Below are positions 35,871 through 37,258 of a stretch of DNA of 37,258 nt, piece by piece (within the stretch, counting starts at the first letter, position 1; every line of letters begins with the position of its first letter). Location of the stretch: the IMG/VR virus record IMGVR_UViG_3300033067_000387, positions 1-37,258 of that record; one strand, written 5' to 3'. The notes beneath the pieces were generated by a model that was not told the origin of the DNA, did not search any database, and worked only from the letters and a program-made list of their open reading frames with translations. This DNA is from a virus (Duplodnaviria > Caudoviricetes). The position numbers and the translations under genes are program-made.

Positions 35871-36754
35871 TGAAGATGTGCATCAGTCTCCTCGTCCTGT
35901 TTTGCTTGGCCGGGTGCCATTCCCGGACCGTGCATAATCCCAACGAGCATCGGCTTTCCGCTCAATCCGAGTGGGCTTTCGCTTGTGCTCAGTTGGGTAT
36001 TTCAAGCGTAGCTGATCCGCCAAGTGCGGAAACAGTACCGGCACCGATGGACGAGTCTGTCGGTGCCAGCCCTACGAATCCTCCTCTCGCCTCTCCCCCT
36101 GATGCCGATGACTCGCTCCCTCCCGACGAGGCGTCAGGGGGATCGAGGGAACGGGTGATTCGTGCATATGTTCCTGAATGGTGTGCTCCTGCTGCCGAGT
36201 TCCGGGCATGGTATTCGACGGTGAATCCTGAATTCTGGGGAGTGGTCGGGTTTCGGATTGAGATTGTTCCTGACGACGAGATTCCAGACTCGATTACCGA
36301 AGTTCCGGCGTTTGAATTCAACGGGAAGATCGTGACGGGATGGAACGGGATTGAGGGCTTGCAATCTCAGTTGTCAAGGAATCCTTTACAACTGAAGGGA
36401 CGACGAGACAGAGAGCCTAAGCGGGAGCATGATGTCCCGATGGGTGCCGTGAATCAGTCCGAAATTCTGCCTCTTTTGATCGGTGACGGACTAACACTGA
36501 CTCGCTCGGGGCCTGATGTGACAGTACCTCTCGGGGGCAAGGTCGCTCTGGTGATTCCATCAGGGATGCAGGTCTCGGCGAGTCATTCAGGGGACGAGAT
36601 GATCCTCTCCATTGAAGCGGGGAACCCGGTGATTAGGCTGCCGTGGATCGGTCGGTTGTGGCCGATCAAGGTCGAGGGAATGCGGCTCTCAGGGGATACC
36701 CTGACGGTCGAATTGGATGGGTGGAAAGATTATCAAATCAAGGTTTTGCCATGA
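35870..36754 (+). CDS. Putative lipoprotein with a thioredoxin-like central domain
   Basis: Lipobox CLAGC; Pro-rich linker; YVPEWCAPA...ITEVPAF...IVTGW. Confidence 0.6.
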   Translation: MKMCISLLVLFCLAGCHSRTVHNPNEHRLSAQSEWAFACAQLGISSVADPPSAETVPAPMDESVGASPTNPPLASPPDADDSLPPDEASGGSRERVIRAYVPEWCAPAAEFRAWYSTVNPEFWGVVGFRIEIVPDDEIPDSITEVPAFEFNGKIVTGWNGIEGLQSQLSRNPLQLKGRRDREPKREHDVPMGAVNQSEILPLLIGDGLTLTRSGPDVTVPLGGKVALVIPSGMQVSASHSGDEMILSIEAGNPVIRLPWIGRLWPIKVEGMRLSGDTLTVELDGWKDYQIKVLP

Positions 36755-36762
36755 GGGAGTGA

Positions 36763-37137
36763 ATGAAGAATCTCGTTTACATCTCGGGTCCGATTACGCA
36801 AGGGGACCAGTTCAGTAATGTGCAAAAAGCAATCGAGGCGTTTAACGATCTTTTGTCTGCTGGCGTTTATGCGTTCTGTCCCCATTTCACAGCATTCGCA
36901 CATATGAGTTATCCTCGTCCGCATGGGGAATGGATGCGGCTGGACGTGGAGGCGATGCTTCCACGGTGCAATGCGGTCTGGCGGCTACCGGGAGTTTCGG
37001 TCGGTGCCGACGAGGAATGCCGCGAAGCAAGACGACTGGGGATTCCGGTATTCGACCAGTTCTCCGACGTGATTCGCTGGCATCAGGCGAGAGAACAATC
37101 TGAGGATCGGTCAGTCATCACGGAGGGAGCGATATGA
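36763..37137 (+). CDS. DUF4406 / nucleoside 2-deoxyribosyltransferase-like protein
   Basis: VYISGPIT, FCPH, RCNAVWRLPGVSVGADEE, LGIPVF. Confidence 0.8.
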   Translation: MKNLVYISGPITQGDQFSNVQKAIEAFNDLLSAGVYAFCPHFTAFAHMSYPRPHGEWMRLDVEAMLPRCNAVWRLPGVSVGADEECREARRLGIPVFDQFSDVIRWHQAREQSEDRSVITEGAI

Positions 37138-37258
37138 GCGGGAATCCGATGTTTCATCAGGTGTTGTCCGAGATGCTTGATATGCATTGCCGCAAGGGTG
37201 CGGACTACGGGACCGGGGAGGATATCTTCGCCAATATCAGGGCATCCGAGGAATTCGG
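37134..37258 (+). CDS. Partial ORF, nucleotide-modification-associated (DUF1599-like)
   Basis: MSGNPMFHQVLSEMLDMHCRKGADYGTGEDIFANIRASEEF; KxxDYG..D.FAN motif; runs off the window end. Confidence 0.65.
   Translation, partial: MSGNPMFHQVLSEMLDMHCRKGADYGTGEDIFANIRASEEF

Overview
The window is most of the genome of a tailed dsDNA (sipho-type, HK97-fold) phage, with all credible genes on the + strand in standard code 11. Gene order: terminase, portal, protease, capsid, neck and tail (32-14925); XRE regulator and early/ParB-like genes (15016-19522); recombination and replication (19515-23870); helicase, DNA methylase, RusA and a run of small unknown ORFs (24009-30642); then a separately promoted block of secreted and membrane proteins (30835-36754) and the start of nucleotide-related genes. 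A Planctomycetota host is inferred from the Planctomycete-type cytochrome c domain, the short CsrA and the low-complexity secreted proteins. No integrase, CRISPR array, canonical tRNA or recognisable peptidoglycan hydrolase was seen. Best leads: (1) a phage-borne operon with two exported CxxCH (c-type heme) proteins and a Q/V/A-rich secreted peptide; (2) a lysis-like cassette with a papain-family protease where an endolysin is expected; (3) a miniature ice-nucleation-protein homologue flanked by 19-bp direct repeats; (4) a circularly permuted Cas4/AddB-like nuclease; (5) a helicase with one in-frame TGA followed by a SECIS-like hairpin; (6) a methyltransferase-glycosyltransferase fusion in the head module; (7) a structured capsid leader and a tRNA-like element. 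All family calls come from motif recognition by eye; no database search was run.
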